A stretch of 64,000 bases of DNA from contig JBBRCZ010000001.1 in the NCBI GenBank assembly GCA_038204425.1, positions 64,001-128,000 on the forward strand, written 5' to 3'. Under the pieces are notes generated by a model that saw only the letters and a list, made by a program, of their open reading frames with translations, was not told where the DNA came from and ran no database searches. Position numbers and translations under genes: made by a program. This document shows positions 19,127-29,893 of the stretch, piece by piece; the stretch's first letter is position 1, and each line of letters begins with the position of its first letter. Source of the stretch: Spirochaetia bacterium. GTDB lineage: Bacteria; Spirochaetota; Spirochaetia; DSM-27196; Salinispiraceae.

Positions 19127-20416
19127 ATGCCGCATGCTGAACTAAATATAGATGGTCAAAGATGGGAGTTTCCCGTTATAGAAGGAAGTGAAGGCGAGAA
19201 AGGTATAGACATTAGTACCCTGCGTGACAAAACGGGCTATATTACGCTCGATATTGGTTACCAGAACAGTGGAAGTTGTACCTCAGCCATCACGTTTATC
19301 GATGGTGACAAAGGAATTTTGCGCTATCGCGGCATTGACATTGAAGAACTGTGCTTAAAGTCAACCTTTATTGAGACCTCGTATCTGCTCATTAATGGCA
19401 GGCTTCCAACAGTAAGTGAACGAGGAAATTTTTCTAGATTCTTAACCGAGAGTTCAATGCTGCATCAAGACATGGTCAACTTCTTTTTGACTATGCCTCC
19501 CAACGCTCACCCAATGGCAATCTTGTCTACCATGGTGAGTTCCTTGGCTATCTTCTATCCTAAGTACTATACCGAAGACAAAGACGAAACTACGTTTAAC
19601 ACCATGGCAGCTCGCCTTATTTCCAAGATCCGAACTATTGCCGCCTATAGCTTCAAAAAGAGCATCGGTGATCCGTTTACCTATCCTCGCCATGACTTGG
19701 TCTACTGCGCAAACTTTCTCAATATGATGTTTAACAGCCCGGTTAAACCTTATACGGTGGATCCAGAAGTAGAACGAATTTTGAACATGCTTCTAATTAT
19801 CCACGCGGATCACGAACAGAATTGTTCCACATCAACAGTACGATTGGTGGGCTCAAGTCAAGCCAACTTGTACTCGAGCATTTCGGCAGGCATTAGTGCT
19901 TTGTGGGGCCCATTGCATGGTGGAGCAAATCAACAAGTTTTGGAAATGCTAGAACATATTCACAACAATAAGATTCCTGTCTCGCAAGTTATCGAATCGG
20001 CAAAAGACAAGAATAGTAATTTTAGATTGTCAGGATTTGGGCATCGTGTTTACAAAAACTATGATCCACGTGCCAAGATTCTCAAAGAACAGTGTTTTAA
20101 ACGGGTGTCGTCCAACAAGGGCAATGATCCTCTGCTTGACATCGCACTTGAGCTAGAAGCTGCAGCTCTCAAAGATCAATACTTTGTGGACAGAAAACTT
20201 TACCCCAATGTAGATTTTTACTCAGGCATTATCTATCGCAGCATTGGTATACCAACCAATATGTTTACTGTGATGTTTGCCATGGGAAGAATGCCTGGCT
20301 GGATCGCCCAGTGGAAAGAACTACATGAATCTAAGCCCTTTAAAATTGGCCGCCCGCGCCAGATCTATACTGGCCCAGTCCAGACCAACTACCTGTCCCA
20401 AGCTGAGCGCAAGTAG
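19127..20416 (+). CDS. gltA: Citrate synthase
   Basis: SAITFIDGDKGILRYRG, HADHEQNCST, GPLHGGAN, GFGHRVYKNYDPRA, PNVDFYSG; GGAGG RBS before ATG 19127. Confidence 0.97.
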   Translation: MPHAELNIDGQRWEFPVIEGSEGEKGIDISTLRDKTGYITLDIGYQNSGSCTSAITFIDGDKGILRYRGIDIEELCLKSTFIETSYLLINGRLPTVSERGNFSRFLTESSMLHQDMVNFFLTMPPNAHPMAILSTMVSSLAIFYPKYYTEDKDETTFNTMAARLISKIRTIAAYSFKKSIGDPFTYPRHDLVYCANFLNMMFNSPVKPYTVDPEVERILNMLLIIHADHEQNCSTSTVRLVGSSQANLYSSISAGISALWGPLHGGANQQVLEMLEHIHNNKIPVSQVIESAKDKNSNFRLSGFGHRVYKNYDPRAKILKEQCFKRVSSNKGNDPLLDIALELEAAALKDQYFVDRKLYPNVDFYSGIIYRSIGIPTNMFTVMFAMGRMPGWIAQWKELHESKPFKIGRPRQIYTGPVQTNYLSQAERK

Positions 20417-20447
20417 CAAGTAGAAAAAATAAATACTGGGTGACCTT

Positions 20448-22112
20448 CTAGTTGTCGCCCAGTTCTTTGGCAATATCCATTATCAAGTCGCTGATTCGCT
20501 CAAGTTGCTCCAAGGTATCAATATAAAGCAGTTCGGCCTTGAGCTTGCCACTTTGTTGAATCCGTTTTCTAGCCGCCTTTTTGAGAGAGTTTCTAAAGGT
20601 GTCTAAGCGTGCTTGTTGATCCCACGCGACTTGCAGTTCATCTGGACTCAACTTGGTTGCTAGGTGCTTGCGCACAAAAGCAAGAAACTGATTGATTTCC
20701 TTTATAAACGGTGCGACTTCGACCTGAGACTCATTGGCAAACCAGTGCTGTTTTTCAGCGCATCTAACCAAGGTCTTGGTCAAATCGTTTATGCAGTCCG
20801 CTATCATTTCTAGATCCGAAACAATTTTGAGTAGTCGCGCAAATTGGCGAGCTGTATGGTCTCCGGGTCTGTCATTCTGCGCCTGCGCGATGTAGGCCGA
20901 TATCTCCTCATGCATCTGATCAACGTAAACTTCTAAGTCAAAAATGCCCGCCAGATCAGCCGGAAGAATGCTGTCAGATTTTTCTCTTTCTTGATTATAG
21001 TGAGCAAACATAGCAACTACTTTATCTGCCATACGCAAAGTTTCGTTGCGTGCCGTTACGAGGCTAATTTCTGGCGTCTCATACATACTGGTAGAAACGT
21101 ACCTTAGCTTATACTGATAGCTTTCATCTTCCGGTCTGATGGGAACCATTCGCTCTATCAAGCGAGCAAAGGCCGGAACAAACCAGATAAACAGAAAAGT
21201 ATTAATAATGTTAAAAAGAGTATGGAACAAAGCGATATGTACCGGCATATCCGCCGGACTATTAGCATTACCAGGCATAATCCACTCGACGAAGTTGGTC
21301 AAAAGGCCCAAAGCTGCAAGTGCCCAAACTACTCCAACTACATTAAACATAGTATGCGCCATCGCGGCCTGGCGTGCGACGCGGTTCTGACTAAAGGCTG
21401 CAATTTGTGCAGTGATAGTTGTTCCTATGTTTTCACCGAGACAGAGCGCAGCAGCAGTTTGGAAGTCAATCCAACCCGCGTTTGCCATGGTCAAAGTAAT
21501 GGCCATGGCGGCACTAGAAGACTGTACAATTACAGTTAGTACTGTACCAATGAGTATAAAAATTAGGCTGCTAATTGGCCCAACCTTACTAAGGGACGCT
21601 ATTGATTCCAGAATTGCTGGATATTGTTTTATATCGGGGACAGCGTTCTTTAAGTACATTAGCCCTAAAAACAAGATGCCGAAGCCAATTAGTACATTCC
21701 CCAATGCTTTTTTAGTCGACGACTTCATAAAAACAAAGGGCAGACCAAGGGCAATTATAGGAATTGCAATGTGAGCGATATCAAATTTAAAGCCGAGATA
21801 GCTAACTATCCAAGCGGTTAAAGTTGTGCCAATGTTGGCTCCTAGGATAACGCCAATGGCCTGAACAAGGTTAAGCAAGCCTGCGCTAACAAAACTAACC
21901 ACAAAAACGGTGGTTGCCGAAGATGACTGAATTATTGATGTTACGCCAAGCCCTGTTAGTAGGGCAGTAAAACGGTTGCGGGTCATGTTGGCCATCATAG
22001 CCTGCAAGCGCGACCCGGCTGAGTTTTGAAGGCCATCGCTCATTACTTTCATGCCAAAGAGAAAAAGTCCTAAGCTGCCTACGACTTCAACAATTCCAAG
22101 TATGATACTCAT
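20448..22112 (-). CDS. Na/Pi cotransporter family protein with PhoU-like C-terminal domains
   Basis: Two QSSS motifs plus GANIGTT and GENIGTT repeats; helical C-terminus with LERISD. Confidence 0.93.
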   Translation of the reverse strand: MSIILGIVEVVGSLGLFLFGMKVMSDGLQNSAGSRLQAMMANMTRNRFTALLTGLGVTSIIQSSSATTVFVVSFVSAGLLNLVQAIGVILGANIGTTLTAWIVSYLGFKFDIAHIAIPIIALGLPFVFMKSSTKKALGNVLIGFGILFLGLMYLKNAVPDIKQYPAILESIASLSKVGPISSLIFILIGTVLTVIVQSSSAAMAITLTMANAGWIDFQTAAALCLGENIGTTITAQIAAFSQNRVARQAAMAHTMFNVVGVVWALAALGLLTNFVEWIMPGNANSPADMPVHIALFHTLFNIINTFLFIWFVPAFARLIERMVPIRPEDESYQYKLRYVSTSMYETPEISLVTARNETLRMADKVVAMFAHYNQEREKSDSILPADLAGIFDLEVYVDQMHEEISAYIAQAQNDRPGDHTARQFARLLKIVSDLEMIADCINDLTKTLVRCAEKQHWFANESQVEVAPFIKEINQFLAFVRKHLATKLSPDELQVAWDQQARLDTFRNSLKKAARKRIQQSGKLKAELLYIDTLEQLERISDLIMDIAKELGDN

Positions 22113-22300
22113 GCGATACCTCAAAATAAAACATTGGAACAAGGAAAGAAAGAGTCAACGAGACATTTTTAATGGCCCCATATTACGGTAGAGCCAAGGA
22201 TTAAACAACACTGATTCCGAGCTTGCTGCAAAAAAACTAAGCGCCAATTAGCTTTTTGGTATTGCTTGCCCAGTCCAGCAATTCTGATTAGACTCAGCTT

Positions 22301-23023
22301 ATGAACCAAGAAACAAGATTGCGTAACCTCATCCGACTCTTTTTTAGTGCCGTTGTCATAGTGACGGTTTTGTCACTATCACTTAGTTCTTGTAATCGAG
22401 CAGCATCAACTAACTCGCTAGGTTTTGGGCCATTGCTTAACGCGCCCTATGCCCAGATACATCAGATATTTGGCTACAAGACGGGTGATTCGCACCGAAT
22501 AGACACTGCAGACGAAGTAAGCAGGCCTTTTGTGGCTGTTTTTTGGCAGTTGCGTAAAGACCAAAGGCGTGCACTCTTGCTAACTATGGCTTATCCAGCC
22601 TTCATACAATTTGTTGAAGAAACGCTTGATTCAATCAACCCAGAAAAGAACGAAGGCAGAGTCACCGTTAGCGACCCAGTTTTTTTTGAACAGTTTATGG
22701 AACTTGTTGAGGTCGTTAATTCGCGTTTTGATATCGGAATAGGCGCCAGTTTACGTTTATCAGGGATTAGATATCTCCTAGCCGTAGAAAAAGATAGTTC
22801 TGGAGGCAAGATACTTAACCTAATAGAACGCAAGGGAAGCCAAAAATCAAGTGAATTAGCGACAGTGCCTGACTACCTCAAGCCGTCGCTTGCGGAACTC
22901 TCCTGGCGAGTTATAACCGTCAATGAAGACGGTGAAAAAACAGCCCGTTTTTTCACTGTAGAGCCTAATCTTCTACGTGACATTCATCTGATAAGAGCAC
23001 TTTACGGTCCACAAGAGCTCTGA
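22301..23023 (+). CDS. Hypothetical lipoprotein
   Basis: Hydrophobic signal ending LSSC (lipobox-like). Confidence 0.65.
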   Translation: MNQETRLRNLIRLFFSAVVIVTVLSLSLSSCNRAASTNSLGFGPLLNAPYAQIHQIFGYKTGDSHRIDTADEVSRPFVAVFWQLRKDQRRALLLTMAYPAFIQFVEETLDSINPEKNEGRVTVSDPVFFEQFMELVEVVNSRFDIGIGASLRLSGIRYLLAVEKDSSGGKILNLIERKGSQKSSELATVPDYLKPSLAELSWRVITVNEDGEKTARFFTVEPNLLRDIHLIRALYGPQEL

Positions 23024-23052
23024 CCGTCAAAGATCCGTTGCACACTAAGTTG

Positions 23053-25089
23053 TCATTTCTTTACGATCTTTTTTTCAAAGTGACTAAATTCCATCGAACA
23101 GGTTCCACGACCTTGGGTCAGGCTACGAAGAGCAGTAGAATAGCCAAACATTGCTTCTAACGGCGCTTGGGCGCTGATGTGTTCTACGTTGAGACGACTT
23201 TCAACTTCGTTGATCAGACCACCGCGCATGCTGATACTGTTGATTACTTCTCCCATAAATTCCTTTGGACAGACGAGTATAAGTTTCATCACGGGGCTCA
23301 ACAAATGCGGGTCTGCTTTGCGACAAGCAGCATCATACGCCATGTTTGCACAGGCTTCAAAAGCAAACTCACTGCTGGTTTCTTCCCTAAATTCAACGTC
23401 TATCAGGCTTACCTGAACATCAATGCAGGGATAGCCCATGTTGATACCAGAAGAGAAACTCGACTCAATGCCGCGTCTAATTGCTTCTGAGTAGAGCTCA
23501 GGCAATATCCCTGATTTTAGTTTGTCACTATATAAGTTGCCTTGGCCACGTTGTGCTGGAGAAACCTCTAGGCTAATCGAAACAGCGTATTCTTTACCGC
23601 CAATAACTTTGTTAAAGAGTTCGGTATGAGCATGAGTGATGCCAATACTTTCGCGATAGGTAACTTGAGGTTTGCCCAGCTTGGCGCCAACTTTAAACTC
23701 GTCGATAACTCTGGTTGTAATTACGTCTAAGTGTAGTTCTCCCATTCCGGAAATGATAACTTCCCCAGTCTCGGGGTCTTCACGCCAAAAGAAAGTTGGG
23801 TCTTCGCGGCTTAATAGATCAAGCACTGTCTTTAGTTTGTCTCGTTCAGAAAGAGTTCTTGGCTCCATTGCTGCGGAAATTACAGGCTCTGGAAAGTGCA
23901 TTCGTTCCAGGATAACTGGTACGCCTTCACTTCCAATCGTGTCCCCAGTTTGTGCGAGCTTAAAACCAACCACTACGCCAATGTCGCCTGCGCGCAACTC
24001 TTCTATCTGTTCATTGCGATTAGCATGCATGCGTAAGAGACGATTTATTCGCTCTCTCTTTTTCTTTGAAACGTTGTAAATTGCCTCACCAGATTTTATT
24101 ACCCCTGAGTACACACGGATATAACATAGCGCTCCTGCTTCTCGATCATTAAAAATCTTAAAGATCAGGGCCGAAGCGATTCCCTTGTCATTGCGCTCAA
24201 GCAGGTAGTCTTCGTCTTTTTTTGCATGATGGGTAGTAATAGCAGGGAGTTCGTCAGGTGAAGGCAGGAAGGCAAGCACCGCATCAAGAACTGGTTGAAT
24301 GCCAATGTTTCTAAGCGAAGCTCCGCACAAGACTGGTACAATGGCTCTGGCAATTGTAAGTTTTCGTAGTTCGGCAATCAGTAAAGAAGGCTGAATATCT
24401 CCACCTTCTAGGACTAAGTTGGTTAGTTGATCGTTTTCCGACGTCAACCTATCTATAAGTTTTTCTCTTGCGATCTGAGCGCTTTCGATAAGCTCTTGTC
24501 TGATTTCTTTCTGATGAATAGTGCTTCCGTTGTCCTGATCGTCCCAATGAAGCTCCTTCATTATTATTAGGTCTATGCAGCCTTCAAACTCAGCTTCCGC
24601 GCCAATGGGGACTTGTATAGGCAAAGGGTTGCAGGAAAATTTTTGCTGCATCTCTTCTATAACAGCAAAAAAATCGGCGCCTATTCGATCCATCTTATTT
24701 ATGTAGGCTATTCTCGCCACACTATATCGATCTGCTTGGTGCCAGACGGTTTCACTCTGAGGCTCAACACCGCCAACTGCACAGAAGATGCCTACTGCAC
24801 CATCAAGTACGCGAAGTGAGCGCTCTACTTCGGCTGTAAAGTCAACATGTCCTGGGGTGTCAATAATATTAATTTGATAGTCGCGCCAAAAGCAGGTTGT
24901 TGCCGCAGATGTGATAGTGATACCGCGGTTTTGCTCCTGCTCCATCCAATCCATGGTCGCGTTGCCGTCATCTACTTGCCCAATACGATGACTCTTACCA
25001 GTGAAGTAGAGTATGCGTTCCGTTGTGGTCGTTTTTCCAGCATCAATGTGAGCCATGATGCCAATATTTCTTACATGATTGCCTGACAT
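23053..25089 (-). CDS. fusA: Elongation factor G, second paralogue (EF-G2 type)
   Basis: [34 protein letters not shown]; not in an str operon; start at [10 protein letters not shown]. Confidence 0.95.
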   Translation of the reverse strand: MSGNHVRNIGIMAHIDAGKTTTTERILYFTGKSHRIGQVDDGNATMDWMEQEQNRGITITSAATTCFWRDYQINIIDTPGHVDFTAEVERSLRVLDGAVGIFCAVGGVEPQSETVWHQADRYSVARIAYINKMDRIGADFFAVIEEMQQKFSCNPLPIQVPIGAEAEFEGCIDLIIMKELHWDDQDNGSTIHQKEIRQELIESAQIAREKLIDRLTSENDQLTNLVLEGGDIQPSLLIAELRKLTIARAIVPVLCGASLRNIGIQPVLDAVLAFLPSPDELPAITTHHAKKDEDYLLERNDKGIASALIFKIFNDREAGALCYIRVYSGVIKSGEAIYNVSKKKRERINRLLRMHANRNEQIEELRAGDIGVVVGFKLAQTGDTIGSEGVPVILERMHFPEPVISAAMEPRTLSERDKLKTVLDLLSREDPTFFWREDPETGEVIISGMGELHLDVITTRVIDEFKVGAKLGKPQVTYRESIGITHAHTELFNKVIGGKEYAVSISLEVSPAQRGQGNLYSDKLKSGILPELYSEAIRRGIESSFSSGINMGYPCIDVQVSLIDVEFREETSSEFAFEACANMAYDAACRKADPHLLSPVMKLILVCPKEFMGEVINSISMRGGLINEVESRLNVEHISAQAPLEAMFGYSTALRSLTQGRGTCSMEFSHFEKKIVKK

Positions 25090-25350
25090 GTGTTTCCGCC
25101 TTGGATACCTGAAAAGGAATGAATATGCAGGTTCTTGCAAAAGTAATTTTTGTGTTCCCTGCGCCATGGAAATTTCAAAGACTCTTGAAATTGCTTCTAT
25201 TTAGGCTACTATACCATGCTAATCAAACGATTGTCGAAGGGGCATTGCATTTTCTGTACAATAACAGACAATTAAATCATGGTGTTCGTAAATTATATAG
25301 TTCGCTAGTGCAGTGATTTGCATTGGCACAAGTAAAAAAGGAATGAAGTT

Positions 25351-28149
25351 TTGATAAGCAGACGTATGACCATAGTTTCCATCATTTTGTGTGCACTTGG
25401 TCTAGTTGGCATAGCTATTGGATTGGATCAACTTGACCACTATCCTTGGGAAAGCGAGTTAAACCTGATCTACCCATCCCTTGCCGTAGTGGATTCAGTT
25501 GGCACTATCCACATTGTAGATTCGGCAAGTCGCCGGATTGTTTCAACTGACCAACAAGGAAGACTACTCAATCTGCACCACGGAGGCCAGAGACAGCAGG
25601 GGTTCTACTATGCGCATGACCTTGACCTTGACAGCTTGGATAGACTCTATGTCTACAATTTGATCCCAGAAGAAGGCAATGTGGCTCAAACCAAAGCGAT
25701 ACAAATTGTTAGATACAGTCACGATGGAAATTTTGATAGAATAATTTTTGAACAAATTAGTACCAACCAAAGTCGCGAGCACCGTCAAAACCACCGTCGA
25801 TACTTCCCAGACCTTTTTTCTCTCTCGGTACTGGGCGAGACTATTTACTACTTTATCAATGATGGCAAATCATTAAGCCTCAACAAAATGGATCTTGAGG
25901 GAAACGATAAAAGCAAGGTTCTTGAACTTCCCTACTTAGACGGTTTGGTGGCCATTGACGGAATTGAAAAGGGTTTAATCTTTGCGGTCACTCGTGACGG
26001 CAGTATTTTTCGTCTTGATGAGAACCTGATTTGGCAAGTACTTAGCATTGATCACACAGTTAGACCTTGGGATATCAAGTTGGGCAGTGATTCGAGGATT
26101 TGGTTTCTTGATTTAGTTAAAAGAGAGATTCGCACTATTGAAAAACCTTTGACTGCAAAAGTAGTTAGCGTGGCTTTTAAGATGGGCCTCAACGAGGGTA
26201 GTCCTGGCGACCGTTTTTTCCTTGGAAAAGACAATAGCTTAACTTTGACCGAAAAGTTGGGGCAGTCTATCATTTTTCAGGATAGTCAAGGCCAACGACT
26301 GAAACTGCAAACACTAGTCCGAGACCCAAACGAAATGCTTAGAACCATGATTGCTTGGTTTGGCGTCATGCTAACGGCAATTGCCATTGTGCTTGCTGTT
26401 TTTGCTTTTGTCACGATGCTCTTCAAAAAAAGAATTCCAATAGTCCTGATTCACTTGCTATTACTAGTCCCATTTATTGGGCTTGCGCAGGCTTTTTATT
26501 TTTCGCAGCTTTATCAAATTCTGCAAGTGCGCTACCAAGCCCAAGTCAAAATATCACTGAGCGCGGCCGCGCTACTGGCAACCAAAGCCGTTGATGCGCA
26601 AGCATTGGATCGTCTGCAAAAGCCACAAGACTTTAGTGGTGCAAGTTATTCGGCAGTCGCAGAGAGGGGAAGCCAGCTTGCTGATCTTTTGGATAATAGT
26701 CTATTGTCATATTTCTCTATTTACAGAATGCAAGACCAACGAGTGTATGTTGTTTACACTAGTTCGAGATCATTTGGGGTGATGTACCCTAATGATATTT
26801 TTCCAAAAGCTGCACTTGAAAGCTTTCAAAAAAACAGTATCGTTTTTACGGAATATGATGACGAATTTGGGCGTTATAAAGCGGCTTTTGCCTCAGTGCT
26901 CAATGGGCAAGGAAAAGTTGTTGGTGTTGTTGAAACAGGGCTCTTCGCTGACTTTACCAAAGATTTTGAAGACCTCAATCTTGACGAGGTACAAACGTTT
27001 GTCATATTGAATGCTATCTTTTTCTTAGGACTATTTGTCTGCGTGACCCTAATGATGCTTCGTTCCCTCAACCCTGTTAGGCGAATTGCGCGAGAACTGG
27101 CCGCTGGCGCACTAGATATTGCTGTAGATAGCAGAGAAACTGAGCAAGTGAGCCAAACCAGAAAAGGTTTTTCTTCCAAAGCAGCGCGGTTGCGGACAGA
27201 TCTGAAACAACTAAATCAAGCCACCAAGGCTAGTGCCCGCTTCGTACCGCAACAATTTCTGCATCTACTTGGCATTGAAGATAGTGCCACTTTGAACCTG
27301 GGTTTTCATAAAAGTCAAACTATGGCTGTTTTGTGTTCCAGTGTAGCTAATTTCAAAAAAATAGGCTCCCATCTTTCGCCGCAAGCGGTTATAGACTTTC
27401 TCAATGCGTATCTAAAAATTGTTAGCCCTTGCCTGCAAAAGCACCACGGATTTATTGACCGCCATATGGGCGACAGCTACGTTGCCCTTTTTCCTCGCAA
27501 AGCAATGGATGCAGTCTTGGCAGTTTTCCAGATTTGCCAAGAAGTGCTTAGCTATAGTCACAGGTCTGGTTTTCCTGGAAGTGAAGAGCTGAGTCTTAGT
27601 TTTAGTATAGACTATGGTAGTCTACGCTTGGGGATCGTTGGCGAGTCAAATAGAATGGAAAGTAGGGCTATTTCGGATACCGTAAAGCTGACTGAAGTAC
27701 TAAATCAGCTCAGTCAAATCTACCACGTAAGGCTTGTGTCTACGGAAGACACTTTATACCAGGTTCTAAGTGAACTTGGATTTCATGCCAAACGGTTTGC
27801 CGACCAAAGAAGATATGAAGATTTAAAAAAACTCTATCCAAAACTTACTTTTAGGCGACTTGATCTCATTAAGTTTAGTCCCCTAAAAAAAGCAGTTTCT
27901 GTTATTGAAATCTGCGGCACGGATCGGTTTCCGTCACACTTGGGCATCGATTGGATTGTGCGTTACGAAGCTGCCTTTGACGCCTGGCTTTTGGGTGACT
28001 TTAGAATAGCCAGTGAACTCTTTGAAAAACTTTACAATGAGGCACCTGATGACCTTGTTGTTAAGAGGCAGTTGGAGCGTACTAGCAAGCTACTGAAAGA
28101 GGGCATGCCTGAGACATGGACACCGGAAGTGGAGGTGTCCGAAATATGA
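25351..28149 (+). CDS. Membrane class III adenylate/guanylate cyclase-like protein (beta-propeller + Cache-like sensor + degenerate cyclase domain)
   Basis: NHL-like repeats (YPSLAVVDSVGTIHIVD, PWDIKLGSD), several TM helices, RFVP, FLNAYL..VSP....HHGFIDRHMGD, GIVGESNRME. Confidence 0.82.
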   Translation: MISRRMTIVSIILCALGLVGIAIGLDQLDHYPWESELNLIYPSLAVVDSVGTIHIVDSASRRIVSTDQQGRLLNLHHGGQRQQGFYYAHDLDLDSLDRLYVYNLIPEEGNVAQTKAIQIVRYSHDGNFDRIIFEQISTNQSREHRQNHRRYFPDLFSLSVLGETIYYFINDGKSLSLNKMDLEGNDKSKVLELPYLDGLVAIDGIEKGLIFAVTRDGSIFRLDENLIWQVLSIDHTVRPWDIKLGSDSRIWFLDLVKREIRTIEKPLTAKVVSVAFKMGLNEGSPGDRFFLGKDNSLTLTEKLGQSIIFQDSQGQRLKLQTLVRDPNEMLRTMIAWFGVMLTAIAIVLAVFAFVTMLFKKRIPIVLIHLLLLVPFIGLAQAFYFSQLYQILQVRYQAQVKISLSAAALLATKAVDAQALDRLQKPQDFSGASYSAVAERGSQLADLLDNSLLSYFSIYRMQDQRVYVVYTSSRSFGVMYPNDIFPKAALESFQKNSIVFTEYDDEFGRYKAAFASVLNGQGKVVGVVETGLFADFTKDFEDLNLDEVQTFVILNAIFFLGLFVCVTLMMLRSLNPVRRIARELAAGALDIAVDSRETEQVSQTRKGFSSKAARLRTDLKQLNQATKASARFVPQQFLHLLGIEDSATLNLGFHKSQTMAVLCSSVANFKKIGSHLSPQAVIDFLNAYLKIVSPCLQKHHGFIDRHMGDSYVALFPRKAMDAVLAVFQICQEVLSYSHRSGFPGSEELSLSFSIDYGSLRLGIVGESNRMESRAISDTVKLTEVLNQLSQIYHVRLVSTEDTLYQVLSELGFHAKRFADQRRYEDLKKLYPKLTFRRLDLIKFSPLKKAVSVIEICGTDRFPSHLGIDWIVRYEAAFDAWLLGDFRIASELFEKLYNEAPDDLVVKRQLERTSKLLKEGMPETWTPEVEVSEI

Positions 28150-29795
28150 AAAAAATATCAGATCGAGTAAATTATTTTCTTTGCATGTATAAAGATGGCT
28201 TGGTCGTTTTTGTAAGTATAGCCTTTTTTAGTGGGTTAGGACTGGTTCTTGTTGATCATGGCTTCTTGCTTTCGGTGTTAACCACTCAGAATGACAAAAC
28301 AAGTTCCTTTTTTTTGTTACTGGTCGTTTTTATGCTCTCACTTATTTGGACGATCGTCACGCTCTTGAGGCGCATATTTTACGGAAGAATATCGATCATG
28401 GCAAAACAGTTTTTAATACTGTTGCCATTGGCCGTCATTTCTATCGCAATCGGCTCTGAAAGGCTTTATCAATTTTTTGATCAAAAGCATAAAGCTGTGT
28501 TTGATTCAAATTTGGCCTCTTTGGCGGGCATTGGTTCGACCCTTATCCGGGGGGAAATCATAGAAGAGATCCAGTCCAGTTCTGATAGGGAAAAGCCCGC
28601 ATTTTTTGACGTGGCTAAGGCTATTGAAAACATCTTAAATGAGTACAGAAATGTTTGGAAGATCAATGTCAGTGCGGCGATATATGCCTATCGTGACGGT
28701 AAGATCTATTTTATCAAAAGCCTCAGTAACTACTATGGGGTGCAGCATGCTCAAGCTGACAATCCTAAGTGGCAACTAGACTGTGCCCAAAGTGGGCAAA
28801 TCAAAACCGCTGAGTTTTTCGATGAGTCGGGAAAATATCTGACTGTCGTCACACCGATAAGAAATTTGGCCGGTAAGATAGTCGGTGTTTTTGAAGTTTA
28901 CAAGAATGCCTCTATCGTCGAGCAGCTTGCATTGGATCTTCGACTTGGCTTGCTAAAGGGCCTGCTTTGTTCTGTTTTGGTCATGCTTGCGATGCTACTT
29001 GCTGCCCATTTCTTTTTCTTTTCTGTTTCTGGTCCCGCCAGTACTTTTAAAAGTCAAACCTTTAAAAACCGTAAAAAAGATAGATTATTTGACTTAAACC
29101 GAGAGTTCAATAGCATGGGCATTGAGTTTGGGCAGTACTTTACACGCTTGACCAATATTAGAGATGCCAATGCGCACTTTGTGCCCATTGATTCTTTGGC
29201 TTTTCTTGGGCAGCAATCACCAATAGATATTAGGCTCGGGCAACAAATTCGCATGCCGATGACTGTTTTTTTTGTTGCTTTTCAATCGATCGCTTCGCTG
29301 TCTGAAAGCACTAGTGCCACCATGAGTGCAGAAGATCACTTTGGGTTTATCAATGATTTTTTGGGCATAGTAGGCCCGTTGGTCAGAGAAAACGGCGGGT
29401 TCATAGATTGCTACCTTGGAGATGCGATTCTCGCATTCTTTCCTCGGTCGGCTAACGACGCGGTCGATACCACCTTGAGTATGAGCCGATCACTACAGAG
29501 CTTTAACAAAAACCAAAAGGAACACGGCAAAAGAGAAATTGATTTTGGAATTGGCATTCATTCCGACCAAATAATTCTTGGTGTGATAGGCGATGAACAG
29601 CACTTGGTCACTAGCACAGTCTCTAATGCAACTGATATAGCAAAAAACCTAGCAGTCCTCAACAAAACCTATGGCTGCACTTTGATAGCGAGCAAAAGTG
29701 CCTTGCAGGTGACGGACGATGCACACCGGGAGCTGTTTAAGTTCTTGACAGTAATAATAAAAAATGGCGAGTCAACTGCAATCTACGGAATCTGA
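28146..29795 (+). CDS. Membrane class III adenylate/guanylate cyclase-like protein (Cache-like sensor + degenerate cyclase domain)
   Basis: TM helices, HFVP, GFIDCYLGDAILAFF, FGIGIHSD..ILGVIG; ATGA overlap with the upstream gene and GGAGG RBS. Confidence 0.82.
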   Translation: MKKISDRVNYFLCMYKDGLVVFVSIAFFSGLGLVLVDHGFLLSVLTTQNDKTSSFFLLLVVFMLSLIWTIVTLLRRIFYGRISIMAKQFLILLPLAVISIAIGSERLYQFFDQKHKAVFDSNLASLAGIGSTLIRGEIIEEIQSSSDREKPAFFDVAKAIENILNEYRNVWKINVSAAIYAYRDGKIYFIKSLSNYYGVQHAQADNPKWQLDCAQSGQIKTAEFFDESGKYLTVVTPIRNLAGKIVGVFEVYKNASIVEQLALDLRLGLLKGLLCSVLVMLAMLLAAHFFFFSVSGPASTFKSQTFKNRKKDRLFDLNREFNSMGIEFGQYFTRLTNIRDANAHFVPIDSLAFLGQQSPIDIRLGQQIRMPMTVFFVAFQSIASLSESTSATMSAEDHFGFINDFLGIVGPLVRENGGFIDCYLGDAILAFFPRSANDAVDTTLSMSRSLQSFNKNQKEHGKREIDFGIGIHSDQIILGVIGDEQHLVTSTVSNATDIAKNLAVLNKTYGCTLIASKSALQVTDDAHRELFKFLTVIIKNGESTAIYGI

Positions 29796-29848
29796 ACATT
29801 TCTTGGAACCTTCGATTGCTAAGGATTGCATTAGAATCTAGGCGGCGA

Positions 29849-29878
29849 TTGACATAAAACCGGCGCATATGCTAAGTT
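29849..29878 (+). promoter_or_regulatory. Sigma70-type promoter of tRNA-Val/apt
   Basis: TTGACA-N18-TAAGTT with an extended TG, directly upstream of the tRNA. Confidence 0.6.
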
Positions 29879-29893
29879 CTTTTCTATCGAAAA

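Noticed and set aside
25320..25345. Sigma54 promoter (TTGGCAC) upstream of the cyclase pair
   Set aside because: No TTGC -12 element at the required spacing.
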